Positions 50,118 through 62,065 of a DNA stretch of 64,000 nucleotides are shown here, one piece after another. Each line of letters opens with the position of its first letter. Within the stretch, counting starts at the first letter, position 1. This DNA is from Saccostrea echinata (taxonomy: Eukaryota). A program made the translations under genes and the position numbers. The DNA lies in assembly GCF_033153115.1 (NCBI RefSeq), contig NW_026889803.1, forward strand, positions 15,624,001 through 15,688,000, written 5' to 3'. The notes under the pieces were generated by a model that worked only from the letters and a program-made list of their open reading frames with translations, did no database searches and was not told the origin of the DNA.

Positions 50118-53100
50118 TTAATCAGCGCTAGCTGCCGTGGGCTCTATTTCCTCTGAACACGACCCAGGAATACACCGGTGTGTAGTGACGTCATACATTG
50201 TTCCCGCCTTACATCTGTCCGCCACGTATTGTCCATAAACACATACTGCATACTGGTCACAGCTATTTTGACATTTTTGAACAGTTCCAACAAAACAGAA
50301 ACCGCATTCTCCAGGTAAAATGCAACCATCACCTATATCACAAGCTGTAAATGGGAAAAAAAAAGAGAGTTTACATTTAGGCAAAGATGTATACTGAAAA
50401 TTAGTAGAGTTATGTTTGATTTTTAAATGAGAGGCTATAGGAAAAACACTTTTCACTGGCTTGTAAACGTATGTAAAAAAGGAACTGATGGCAAGAGCAG
50501 AGATCTAATAATGATTCATTTCAATTATTGGACTATAATAATGAATAATAAATAATGTACACTAATTTGTATTAATGAAACTGAAAATCACTGCTTTTTG
50601 TCAAAATTATAGTTATTGATTAATATTCAAGATAATAAAGACTACATCTCGTTTGCTAGGCGAAATAACTTACTTGCGTCACCAGAAGGTGGCTGTGTAT
50701 TTACTGCTCTTGGTATCAGAAGAATAGGTATAGGTGGAGGGGTCGGTACAACGACAGGAACCACACCAGGCATCGGCCAGTCCTCCTCATAATCGCAGTA
50801 GAAGGTCATGTATACCTGTCTACTGTCCTTTCTGGGACAGCTTTTACCAAGACTCCAGGTTTTGTAAACAGCTTCTCCATAGTCATTTGCATAGAGTTTT
50901 GGGTACGTAGAAGTGACGCGCAACAATCCAGAACAAGGTTGTGATTCGCCGGTTTGGGATGTGGGGATTTTACAATATGGCCGACAAATTCTACCACAGG
51001 AATCGTAAGCAGAAAGCATCACATCTGTGGCTCCATAGCCTGGATTTTTAATGGCAACAAATGCCGTTGAACTAGAAATGGCTAGACGGTGATCAACAAT
51101 TGCATATTCTTTATAATTTCCAACATAGTTAATACCATTAGACTGAATAAAAACTGCACCAGCTCCAAACTGGCCAGTGTTACAAGATGCATAGGAAGCT
51201 GGACGACCAGTGTTGAGGGGTGTTCTCAAAGTAGCATATGCCTCTGGTTCATAAATGTCTGTCTTTGTTAATGGTCGTCCACTAATTACAGGGAAAGCGT
51301 TGTATCTTTCGTAATCTGGGGGACGCTTGTAAACTACATCTACTGGTAGGTAGACCCACTGCCTCATGTCGCTAATACCGTTTATATTAAATGTATTTTG
51401 ATAAGGTCGGTTCACAGGAATTACTGGACAGGTTTCTTGAGAAGATGTAACTGGAGAAGGAGATGGTGCTGGCATGGAATTTTGAATTCTATTCTGGCTC
51501 ATTCCTTGTATCATTCTGTTCACATCTGACCCTGTACCACGTATTCTAGGAATATTTGCATTCATGTGCTGGAAATTTGCATGTTGTGGTCGAGACTGAG
51601 ATGGCATCTGAAAAACTTCGAATCCCATTGGCTTGGCTCTATCTCTTCGAACAGACATTAGAATGTTACGACCCAGATGAGAAACCACTGCTGGATGTGC
51701 ATTTGGCATTGTGTTAGGTCCAACTGTATGTATGTTAATATTCATATTTGGAATTCTTAATCTACTTAACTCTACCAACTGTTGTTGGAAAGTCCTTTGT
51801 TGTTGGTGTTGTTGTTGTTGCATTTGCATATTATTAGCAAATATTGCATGATGTTGTAGAGGAGGCATATGGGCTTGATCAACAGATACACATATCCACT
51901 CATTTTGTTTATTAATACACTGAAGATATGGAGAACCACAGTTACGATTAAATGCTGAACATGACGGAGATTCGTCATATCTATATATTCCATTCACGAT
52001 GTATTCACTAAAACTGTCAATGTTTCTAAAAGTACCAAGTCCCAACATGGCCGTCGGTAAATGTAAAGTATGGTTAACTACAGAAGGGTAGTCACGGGTA
52101 GGGTCGATACCGTTTCTTCTCTGCTGTGCCCTAAACTTCTCCCAAATGTAATCGATATAAGCGTGATGAAGGAAGAACACAGGATCCATGGCAGCGGTGG
52201 TCAGCTCTCCCATTTGTCCGTCTACCCACATATGTACCTCTCCATGATGAAATTCAAGGTTGAACTGAGTGTAAGCATGAGGCTCGGTTATTTCACCTAT
52301 TCTTTTCCTTGTCAGAATGTTTTGAATGACTCGCCTGTTGAATAACTGTCCTGTATTAGCTAAGTTTCGAATTAAAGGACCTACAGGGGTTGACCAATCA
52401 GCAAATGGACCAGTGCTTACAAGTCCATTTCCATTACCAAGGAAACGTCCACTCCAAATTACTGATGCAACAGGATTTGCCATTGGATCATCAAGAGTTG
52501 AATCCCAGTATGGTAGTGTCGCATCTGGGATCTTTTCTCGCATCGCATTCTCAAACCTTTGAATTATTAATAGAAATGCAATGTAAAAATCGTTAAAAAA
52601 ATATATATATATACAAACAATAAAATTCTTTTTTGTTTGTTAATGCGAGAATCAACGGTTGCAAGTATTGCACAAAAACTTAATAACCCATGTAAGCAGG
52701 TAATGTATTTTTCTGCAATGGTTGCAACCGTTATTTCACGCATTAAAAACGAAGAAAGACGTTTTATTGTTTATATTAAATCGCATAACATATATTTAAG
52801 TAGGTAAAATATTGTACGAGATTATTGATCTGTACGTCATGGTATGTTTCTTGATGGAAGAGCCCACTGCTTAAGAAATCGGTTCTAACTAGTTTAGCGT
52901 TAACGGATTGATTAAGAAAAGTGGTTTTCATAAGAAATAAAGGAGAAACATTCAGTGGATGTGATATTATCTAAAGTTAAAGATCATATATAAGAGGGGA
53001 AAATACTTTACATGATCAAGAAAACTCTATGCCATCCCAGAAAGTTGGGTCCTCCATGGGCAGCTGTTTCCGTTATGCCTTGATGTAAAGCAGCCAGTGC

Positions 53101-54459
53101 GTCATATTTATTTGGATATATGCTCTATAAAAATGATAGAATATGCTTTATAAATAGATTTCGACATTGAACCAGTTTTTAATAATTTTAAAATCGATTG
53201 AAACCCCAATCTTGCCTCTTGTTTCATCTGCAAGGCAGACACATAAAAATCACTTTTACCGGTGTCTGTCTGTCTAGCAATTTGTAGGAGACTTTCACAA
53301 AAAAAAAGCCTAGAACTCATTTACATCAAACCCGAATATCACGAAGCTTCATTATAAGGTATATATTAGTATAATGCAAAAATTGCATGGAGTTTTTTTT
53401 AATGATCCATTCAAAATCTTGCTTTTTTGACAAAAAAATATGCAGCAGTAATTCAATATGTAGAGATCAATTTGTATAAGCCGATCTCTCAATTCGTATG
53501 TTTGATTTCCTTGTATCTGGGGAGATCATGTAAGTGAAATATATTAATGTAGGTAGATTGAAATTAATTTACTGCTGCAGATTTAAATTAATTTTGGTGT
53601 AAAGTTACATTACTGTTCTAAAATATTTTCTCATCTATCAGAATTGTTCATCAGCAAAGGGAAATGCATGAAGAAATTGTACATTTCTTAAGTAAAATGA
53701 TAGTGATTCCTTTGAAAATTCCACACCCTTGCCGAATTTTGTAATTTCGATATTACAGTGGGGTACCAGAAGGCGTCAGTAGTGTTCCTTAAACACACCG
53801 AAGTTTTTTCAAACATTTTTAATTAGTATACTGGAATTGATCAATGTGATTACTAACCTTATCTGCTTTCAACATTTGAATTGCCTTCAGAAATTTTTGT
53901 CTCTCCATGTCTGACAACATTCGAATTTCCTTCCTCACTTTTGTCGCTCTAGAATTTGTTAGTGTTCTCCGATTTGGGAACACCAGCAGACGGCTATACC
54001 ACATATTTGTATTAGACGTGACGTTATAATTTAGCCATTTATGCATTCCATTTTGTTGCCACATATACTGGTGTACACAGATCCAGTTGATAGACTGACC
54101 AACAGTATGTCGGATGCTGGTCTTTTGTGCATATCTAGTAAAGCATTCGTCTAGTCCTTGTGGAATTGCCATATTATGAATCATTCCATTGGCTACGGAA
54201 ACCAAAGCGAAAATAGCAGATAACAGAAGTTGTACCTAAAAACATTCCAACACAATAAAAAAATTAATGAAAGAGTTAACATAAATAGCATTTACTGAAA
54301 CCCAAAATTTGGTTTTAAAATTTATTTTTATGGTATTGACTGCACAAATAAAAAAGCTGTAGCTTTTATGTTTCAAGAAATGATGAAGTTTTAGGGATTC
54401 AAAATAGATCGTTCATCTGATACCTTCCATTTCTTCATTCTGTCGCTTAAGGTTGCCAT
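50118..54459 (-). CDS. Secreted tyrosinase-like protein with C-terminal chitin-binding type-2-like domain (Tyr-B), ~878 aa, 5 exons: 54459-54424, 54235-53858, 53124-53012, 52556-50674, 50344-50118
   Basis: All junctions GT-AG with consistent phases (0,0,2,1). Signal peptide MKKWKVQLLLSAIFALVSVANG. CuA site ALHQGITETAAHGGPNFLGWHR; LPYWDS; CuB site LEFHHGEVH...DPVFFLHH. Last exon is Cys-rich with C-x14-C-x5-C-x9-C-x12-C-x4-C. Start codon is 54459 or 54438. Confidence 0.93.
52606..52776. repeat. ~170 bp imperfect palindrome in Tyr-B intron 3
   Basis: AAACAATAAAA...TTAATGCG...AACGGTTGCAA / TTGCAACCGTT...CGCATTAA...TTTTATTGTTT. Confidence 0.75.
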
Positions 54460-54485
54460 AACCGTCCTCTTACGTTTGGACAACG

Positions 54486-54525
54486 CTTATGAGCAGGTCC
54501 GAATTCGATCAGCGCCACCTATATA
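54486..54525 (-). promoter_or_regulatory. Tyr-B core promoter (TATA box)
   Basis: TATATA at 54525-54520, ~35 nt before an initiator-like CTCATA and ~65 nt before the first ATG. Confidence 0.55.
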
Positions 54526-56764
54526 GTTTTATTGTCTACTGATGTGTCATGGTGGCTTTGAGACGGAAAAGGATCTTCAGTGGAAATCGTTAAAACCATG
54601 TCTAAGGAAACGCATCTATGTTGACATGAGTTTTAAAGCTGTTTTTAAAGTTGGTCATTGTACCTTTACCATGTTTAACAAGATTGTTTCATCCAAAAAA
54701 ACGTTCATTATAGCATTTCTTTCTCACCAGAAAGCGGGCTTTTCTTTACTTATAACACGTTGGGTTCAAAAAGACGAGCGTCAAAATCAAGCATTACAAG
54801 ATGTCTGTAGAAAATTTTAATGTCATTAAATGAGAGGAATATCGATATTTATTTGATAAAACAATGAATAGGCTTGAGGTGAAAACATTGTCAAAAAACA
54901 AAAGACGTTAATGTGTCTACATGGTGTTGAACATTTTTTTTCTTTGTTATTCTAATGTTTAATTTGTTGAATTTTTTATATGGAAAAGATAGCTCTGAAG
55001 GAAGTTGCCTGCGAGGCGTTGTTTAACAAAGACAGGTGTAAAAAGTAGCGCAATATCAAGTGAAACCAAAAAATTCCAAGAAATCCAAGAAGGTGGGTGA
55101 ATGACAGCTTAAAATTCCCATGGATATTTTTTGTTCCAATCTGGATATATTATATATTATGATATATTTATTTGGTCATTCTGATGCAGTGTGATCAAAT
55201 GAGTGTTTTATATATGTACTCAGCAGTATTTGGTTAAAGTTTAACTTAAAAAGAGCATGGTATGGCCACAAATGTATCACAAAAATTTGAATGTTATGAG
55301 ATTGTAAACTTCACTGTTAAAGTTTCTGAAAATTGCTTACTTATTATTAAAAATTTGGTATTCAATAAATTGAAGCAACATAAAGAATAAAGAACTTTCA
55401 ACTCTTTAAAAGATTTGTTTTCATTAGAAAGGGTCATATTTTATATTTTGAAAGGTATCATTTACCACCAGTAAATACGAAATTTGTTATAAAATTTGTA
55501 TGTAGTGCTATATTATAACTTCAATATGTACAACTACTAGTGTCTTTTTCCTAAATCAGCGTTTATTGTCATTCTCGAAATATAAAATACATCTACTATG
55601 ACAGACCAAATGATACATTTTATACGCTCGTCTTTTCAAGGGTAATAGTATGGTCTGGGCTTTCCCGTCCGTCTATTCTTCTGTAAGCTTTTTGTATCCA
55701 GATCATTTTGTGCACACTGCGAGGCTACAACCATCACACCTTTTCCATTGATGCATTTAGGGGATGGAGGGAGGTCACAACCCAAATGTAAGTCACTAAG
55801 ATTAGAATTTTATGGCCATACATCTGAAATAATGTCTGAATCATGTCTTGCACACCACCATGAAATCTCCAATTTTCGTTGTTTTTTTTTTGTGATCCTA
55901 AAAACTTTATGTCCTCAAGGAAATGTTAAACTTTCAAACTATGTATCATGTTTCTTCTTCACAAAGAAATCAAATACCCATGAGCCAATATTGGTTTTTT
56001 ATCAAACTACGAAAAAATTAGTGATTTTTACAGTATGTGACCTATGACCATCAAGCTTGGTCAATTGGAACATCTTGGAGGAAGTTGTCTGTTGACGAAA
56101 AGTGAACAACCTGTTTCATTTTAAAATTTGTTGGCAATACATTGTCAAATCATGTCAAGATCGTATACTACATTCTAAGGCCCAAGACAATGGAACCTTA
56201 TCAGTTGATGAAATGTTGTGTCGCAACCCGAAACTAGTACTATACTAGGTAATCAACATAATAATGAATATTATAAATACTCTTCAAATACATACATGTA
56301 GCATCCACTACCTTTTCCCATTTTCACTTATTACTTATTTTAACCCTGTTTAAAGTGTTGATGTACAATATTTGATGAATTGGTTTTTAAGAAGTCTCTC
56401 GATTATGTAAACTATTTTTTATACATGTATATAGAAATATACAACAGTTACTATAAAAGAATTTAATAAGCTGTTTTCTTAAATATATCAAACAACGTAA
56501 GTTTTCATTCTATGAATTAAAACAAAAATATGTATTTCCACAAGACATTCTGATTAACACTTTTCTGTCACTTTATAAAGTTAATATATTCTGCCTATGT
56601 AGATCAATGTTCTTGCCCTATCAGAACTTGATCTTCCATAAGAACACGAGTACTAAGGGACAAACTTAAATGTTTGTTGTAAAACTAATCTCCTCACCAC
56701 TTGGACTATCAGACAAGGAACAATAGTATGAACTCAGTGAGGACAACAAATTACCGAATTTCAC

Positions 56765-56820
56765 GCTTATCTTGGTTATATAAGACTAAATATCACGTGT
56801 GGCATCAACTTGTGTGATGT
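56765..56820 (+). promoter_or_regulatory. ApoD-1 core promoter: GATA site, TATA box, E-box, probable tiny non-coding first exon
   Basis: CTTATCT, TATATAA (56777-56783), CACGTG (56794-56799), then GAT/GTAACT. The block is conserved in the paralog while flanking DNA is not. Confidence 0.6.
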
Positions 56821-56898
56821 AACTTTCTAAGGGTATATATGTATCTCCGTTTTTCATACAAATTTTATATTGAAATCTTAGGTTGAACCATCGAAATC

Positions 56899-58140
56899 AT
56901 GCTTCCTCTACTTTTTGTATCTATTTTACTCTTTGGTGCTTCCCAGGCTCAAGTCTTTGGTTTTGGTAAATGTGCTCAGGTGAAAACACAGGAAACTCTA
57001 GATCTGAACAGGGTGAGACTTACTTTTTCAATGCTATTAATTGTAATAAAAGTCAATTTGGCCAAACTTTTCAAACAATGTCAAGATCCTTGTAACTGTG
57101 TAAATATATCTCTACTTATATCATTTCCTTTCAATATTCACTTCGTTATACGGATCCTACTTTCGTTTGCAGTATCTAGGAACTTGGTATGAAATATATA
57201 AGTTTAAGGCCAATTTTGAGGGAAATCAAAAGTGCGTCTCAGCAAACTATCAGCTAAAATCAGACGGGCATATTCGAGTAGATAATATAGGATACGAGTA
57301 AGTTCTAAATGTTTTACACCCATCTGAACTTCATCTTAGAAATAAGTAAACGAATTTATATTCTTCCACAAACTCCTGCATTTGCAATTCATGGTCACTT
57401 TAAAAGATACGACTCTGGATGCCTATAAATGATGCTAACTTTATATTACATTTAATACTTGTCGTGATGAATGAAGACTACATACACTGATCTGACTGTT
57501 TATTGAAATCAGAAATGGACAAAAGAAAGAAGCAGTTGGTGATGGATACATTCCAGACCCAAATTATCCATCAAGACTTGGCGTTAGATTTTCTAATCGT
57601 AAGTATTTATATAACCTATCTCAGCTCCGGATCGAAATTTTCATTTTGTTTTTAAATGCAAGTAAAATGTTATGAAAGTTATTATTGTTTTAAATAGTTA
57701 TTTTGATCTTTTATTTACACACAAAAAAGATTTTGATTTTTTTAAGTTGTAATATAAAGATCATGTTAAAAGAATAATTACATACATGTAATCAGAGTAT
57801 AAAATGCATGTATATGTCAGAACTTGTATAGACAAAGAGAAGATGCAATGTTATTATATATGCATGAAGTCCACATCTTCGAATGGTAAAAAAATTATAT
57901 TTATCTTTTTAATCAGTGGCACCATACGGAAGATACTGGGTCCTAGATACTGATTACACAACTCATACAATGATTTACTCATGCAGTGATATTCTGGGAA
58001 TCTTCCATATTTCATATGCTTGGATCTTGAGTCGTGAAAGAACACTGGATGAATCCGTGAAAAACAGACTTTTTGCCAAGGCCGAGTCCTTCGGCATCGA
58101 TACATCAAAGTTCTTAAAGGAAGATCAAACAGGGTGCTAA
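56899..58140 (+). CDS. APOD: Apolipoprotein D-like lipocalin, copy 1, 182 aa; exons 56899-57012, 57173-57297, 57513-57598, 57917-58140
   Basis: Signal peptide, then QVFGFGKC. Lipocalin motifs YLGTWYEI, YWVLDTDY and AWILSR; 4 Cys including the C-terminal Cys. GT-AG introns in frame; AATAAA at 58198. Symbol denotes family membership, not proven orthology. Confidence 0.93.
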
Positions 58141-60952
58141 GTGTCACCAATATTTTTAAATGTTTTTCCTTTTTTATTTTTTTATATATTTTTTACAAAT
58201 AAATATTTATAACACGAAAATAGTCGTGATATTTGTGTGTGGTTTAAAAAAATAGAGTAATGGGTTTGATTAATTATGATAAAATGAAATGTTACATAAG
58301 TGACACAGTGACTGTACAAGAAAAGTTTTACGCTAAATAAAAAGGTGTCAAAATTAAAGCTAAAAAATCCACAAAAATAATAATTTAAAAAAATTACATC
58401 CTGACTTGCAAATGCTAGGGACAAGAAAGACAATAAAATGCTTATATGGAGAAATTGTTAATATTACTGGAACTTTGAAGTTGTAAGAAGGTGAAAATAT
58501 TTTGTCACCCTACTTTGCTTTCTTAGTAAATCAAACAGAATTAAGAGGTTATAATCTAGAAAAATGAATTATTTTAAAAAGCATTGCCTTTATGTGTGTG
58601 ATATTTTTCTTGGTGTGTTATTTATCAACTAATGACAGATTCGTACATTACTAGTATTAATTTTACTTACTGAGTACTTGTCTTTATTGTTGACAAATTG
58701 GGTTGTTTTCCATTGAAACAACACAGTTTTTGAATAAATGCAGTTAAAATTATCTTTTCTTAATTAAATTAAATGAAATTATTTAATTCAATATTGATAA
58801 AATAAATTAATTAAATGGTTCAAAAATACAATTATTATATAAAGTGGTGGCAAAAATCATTTTTAAAAATTGAATTCGAACAGTCTGGGTCAAACTGGAA
58901 GTCGATGTGTCAAATGCTTTTATGAAAAAGTTATGTTCGATTAGAATTTTTTAACACACATTTTCAACCTTAGATTTAATATAAGAGGTGGCATAGATGA
59001 GGCTCATTCTTTTAATTTCGAGCAAAATATTTTGTCTATACTATACCTCGAAGTCACCCGTCCTAAAAGAAAAACTCCAAAATATATAGTATTCCTTACA
59101 GTTTTATAACATTTCTACTGCAATAGTGAAAAGCGCAAGAGTAATTAAATCTGTCTGTAACAGAATGTGAAGGAATTTTACAAAGTTAATAACGATAAAG
59201 GTTTTTCAAGTTTTTTCAAGTCCCCGTTTCATCAAAGGGCCTAAATCTGAATGTTGAACATTCTGAATGGTAAACACAAGAATTTGTATGAAGTAAATAG
59301 GCTTCCATTCAATTCATGTATTATGAATGTTGTTTTTCAGATTGCACGAAATAAACGTACGATTTGTCATTCTATACATTGTGCATTATACCATACAGAT
59401 ATTGTAATTTATCATATCAAATCAAAAACAAACAAGTAAAAATGTAAAGATTTTGGCAAACCATGAAACTTACCGAAGATTCCGTATTAAGAGAGAAAAA
59501 CAGCTTTGTTATTTCAATTATTTCTGTAAAATACCGAAAGAAGAGTAACACACTCTGTATTTGATATAGCAGATTTTAAACGAGAAAAATAATTTGAAGA
59601 AAAGTGGGCAAAACTTTATTCTATTCATTTTATTTACGATCGGCATTTTCACATATTAAACAGCATACTTGCCTTTTTACAGCTAAAACATAAATTTAAT
59701 ATGTTTTCTTTGCTTGCTGCAATTTTACATCGAATAATAAACTCATTGACACAAAGTATACACACTGGATTTTATTTTGAGTAAAATTAATAAATTAATA
59801 TTTCTTGACCTGATAAGTTAAATTTTTTCATCTTTCTTCCCTTATGTTAATNNNNNNNNNNNNNNNNNNNNNNNNNNNNNNNNNNNNNNNNNNNNNNNNN
59901 NNNNNNNNNNNNNNNNNNNNNNNNNNNNNNNNNNNNNNNNNNNNNNNNNNNNNNNNNNNNNNNNNNNNNNNNNNNNNNNNNNNNNNNNNNNNNNNNNNNN
60001 NNNNNNNNNNNNNNNNNNNNNNCGGATTAGTCAAATGAATTAGACAGATATGTTTCTATATAATTCATTTTAAAATGTAATTTATCAAGAAAAATCCACA
60101 TAAAACGAGAAAAATGTGAAAGAAATGGGACACTTTTATTTGTAACACGACGCTTAAGTTTATCTCTTCTGTGAAGTCAATACCCTTTTTTATCAGAACA
60201 CTTGTACTTCTTCTCATATGATCCATAATTCCGTATATTTATGATTTAAGTTTCAGGTATTTCTGATATATGTTAAAACAGTCTTTCTCAAGAATATTCT
60301 GATTAATTTGTCATATACATCAACCAAGCATGTTCTATTTGAAAATGTTTATGATACTCTTATGAGGAAAAAAATCTACATTTACAAAACTCGCGCTTTG
60401 TTTTAATTCCATATATAACTTAAGTTTGGATGTTCTATATTGCATCTGAATAATTTAGTTTCCAATATTTATGAGACTCAAGGAATTAATTTTCTAATTA
60501 GAATCACAATTATCTGGGCTCAGAAGAATAAATATTTGTTTGCTAATTTTTGTTTTGAACAAAAAAATGCACAGAGTTACGAACCTTATAGTCAAATGCG
60601 ATCAAAATATAATGCTAAAATTCATATTGTCTGCCAAAGCCATAGCCAAATACAAGTACTACTTCTTCTTTTTTTTTTTTTTTTGGATAAACCTTTCAAT
60701 GAAAATTTTATCTTCCAAAATTTCCATAACTTCAATGTATTCTATGTTGAAAATGTACGAGATATGCTCAATATTTACACCTTAACATCTTATAATTTTC
60801 TCAATGTCAAAAAAATATTTTCCTTTAGTGTATAGAGGGTCCTGAATTTAAATATAAAATCGTGTACAGAATTATATCATGGCCTTTGTCATCTCGGTAG
60901 CGTCGATTTGAATGTACAGTGAATAAATTTTCAAATCAAAACTGAGTATAAG

Positions 60953-61135
60953 TACGGAAGCTGGTAGGTGCCAGGTAGAATAATATTTTATCTGGCGGCC
61001 GCCAAATAATTATCTGGCGGCCACCACATACATAACTGGCGGCCGCCAGATACCTTCTGGCGGCCACCACGTCTATTTATCTGGCGGCCGCCAGATAAAA
61101 TATTTTTTTCTACGTGGCACAAACCGGCTTCCGTA
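60953..61135. mobile_element. 183 bp MITE with TACGGAAGC termini and 6-bp TSD (IS3EU-like)
   Basis: TACGGAAGC ... GCTTCCGTA; TATAAG duplicated at 60947-60952 and 61136-61141; five internal CTGGCGGCC(G/A)CCA units. Confidence 0.8.
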
Positions 61136-61925
61136 TATAAGCCCCCGCCATCATTCAATTTTACGTGCCATTATTATTGATTCTTTCCTTTTTCTAATTT
61201 TTCTATTTTGATTTTGTTCTGCGGGTTCTGCTTTTATATTCCATTTAATAATTTACTGAAGAAATAAGTTAGATCATGTTTAAAATATTTATCATGTAAA
61301 ATAAGTAAGGTATAAAGATAGTTTCTTGTAGTATTTTGATAAACCAACAATCGAAGATTGGGTTTTGAGACAAGCAGGCAAACATTATGTGGACACAAAA
61401 GAATTCTCTCAGTTGATGATGATTATGGTGAAGTTTGATATTATCAAGTGTATGTAGATTAATTTAATACACAAAGAACACTTGTGACCTGAAAGTGTGT
61501 CATTTAAGGTTACATGGGCAAGATCAAAGTCCGTAAAAAAAATAACAGAAAAATGTGTGATTCTTGTCCTGACCAAACCCAGAAATAGAAAAAGAAAGCT
61601 CATGCATACTCTGCACAAATATTAGTTATAATATGAAGGTGTTTCACGAGCTTAATTCTAGGTCATTTAGGCAAGTACAATTAAAATCACTGACAGAAAA
61701 GTTTTATTATTTGTGTCCAAACCATTTCTTCTTTTTTTATTTTATGAAGAAACATTTCTAATTCATAAATCACACAAAGATTTCAGATGACCTGATTGTG
61801 TCGACCTTGAATAAGATTTTTAAGCAAATTCAAGGTCACTGGCTATACTTTCCCTATTGAGACTAAGAGACTAAGAACAATTGTACCGAGGTTGAACTTT
61901 ACGAGGACAATTTCGAAACTTTACT

Positions 61926-61986
61926 CTTATCTTGTTTTTATATAAGACTAAACTTCACGTGTATCATCAAGTTGTGTGATGTAAGT
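61926..61986 (+). promoter_or_regulatory. ApoD-2 core promoter: GATA site, TATA box, E-box, probable tiny non-coding first exon
   Basis: CTTATCT, TATATAA (61939-61945), CACGTG (61956-61961), then consensus donor GAT/GTAAGT. Confidence 0.6.
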
Positions 61987-62065
61987 GTCTCTGGGTATAT
62001 ATATATCACCTTTTTTCCGTACAAGTTTGTATATTGATATCGTAAGTTATAAAGAAAAGAAAATC

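Noticed and set aside
50642-52543. 633-aa ORF (and the 551-aa ORF at 25548-27203) as complete single-exon genes
   Set aside because: Both lack the signal peptide and CuA site, which lie in upstream exons with clear splice sites.
57854-58150. Similar antisense ORFs over ApoD exon 4 (also 63115-63396)
   Set aside because: Shadow frames of the conserved sense exon.
36807-60038. ORFs containing X runs (36807, 42026-42287, 59828-60038)
   Set aside because: Artefacts of translating N gaps.
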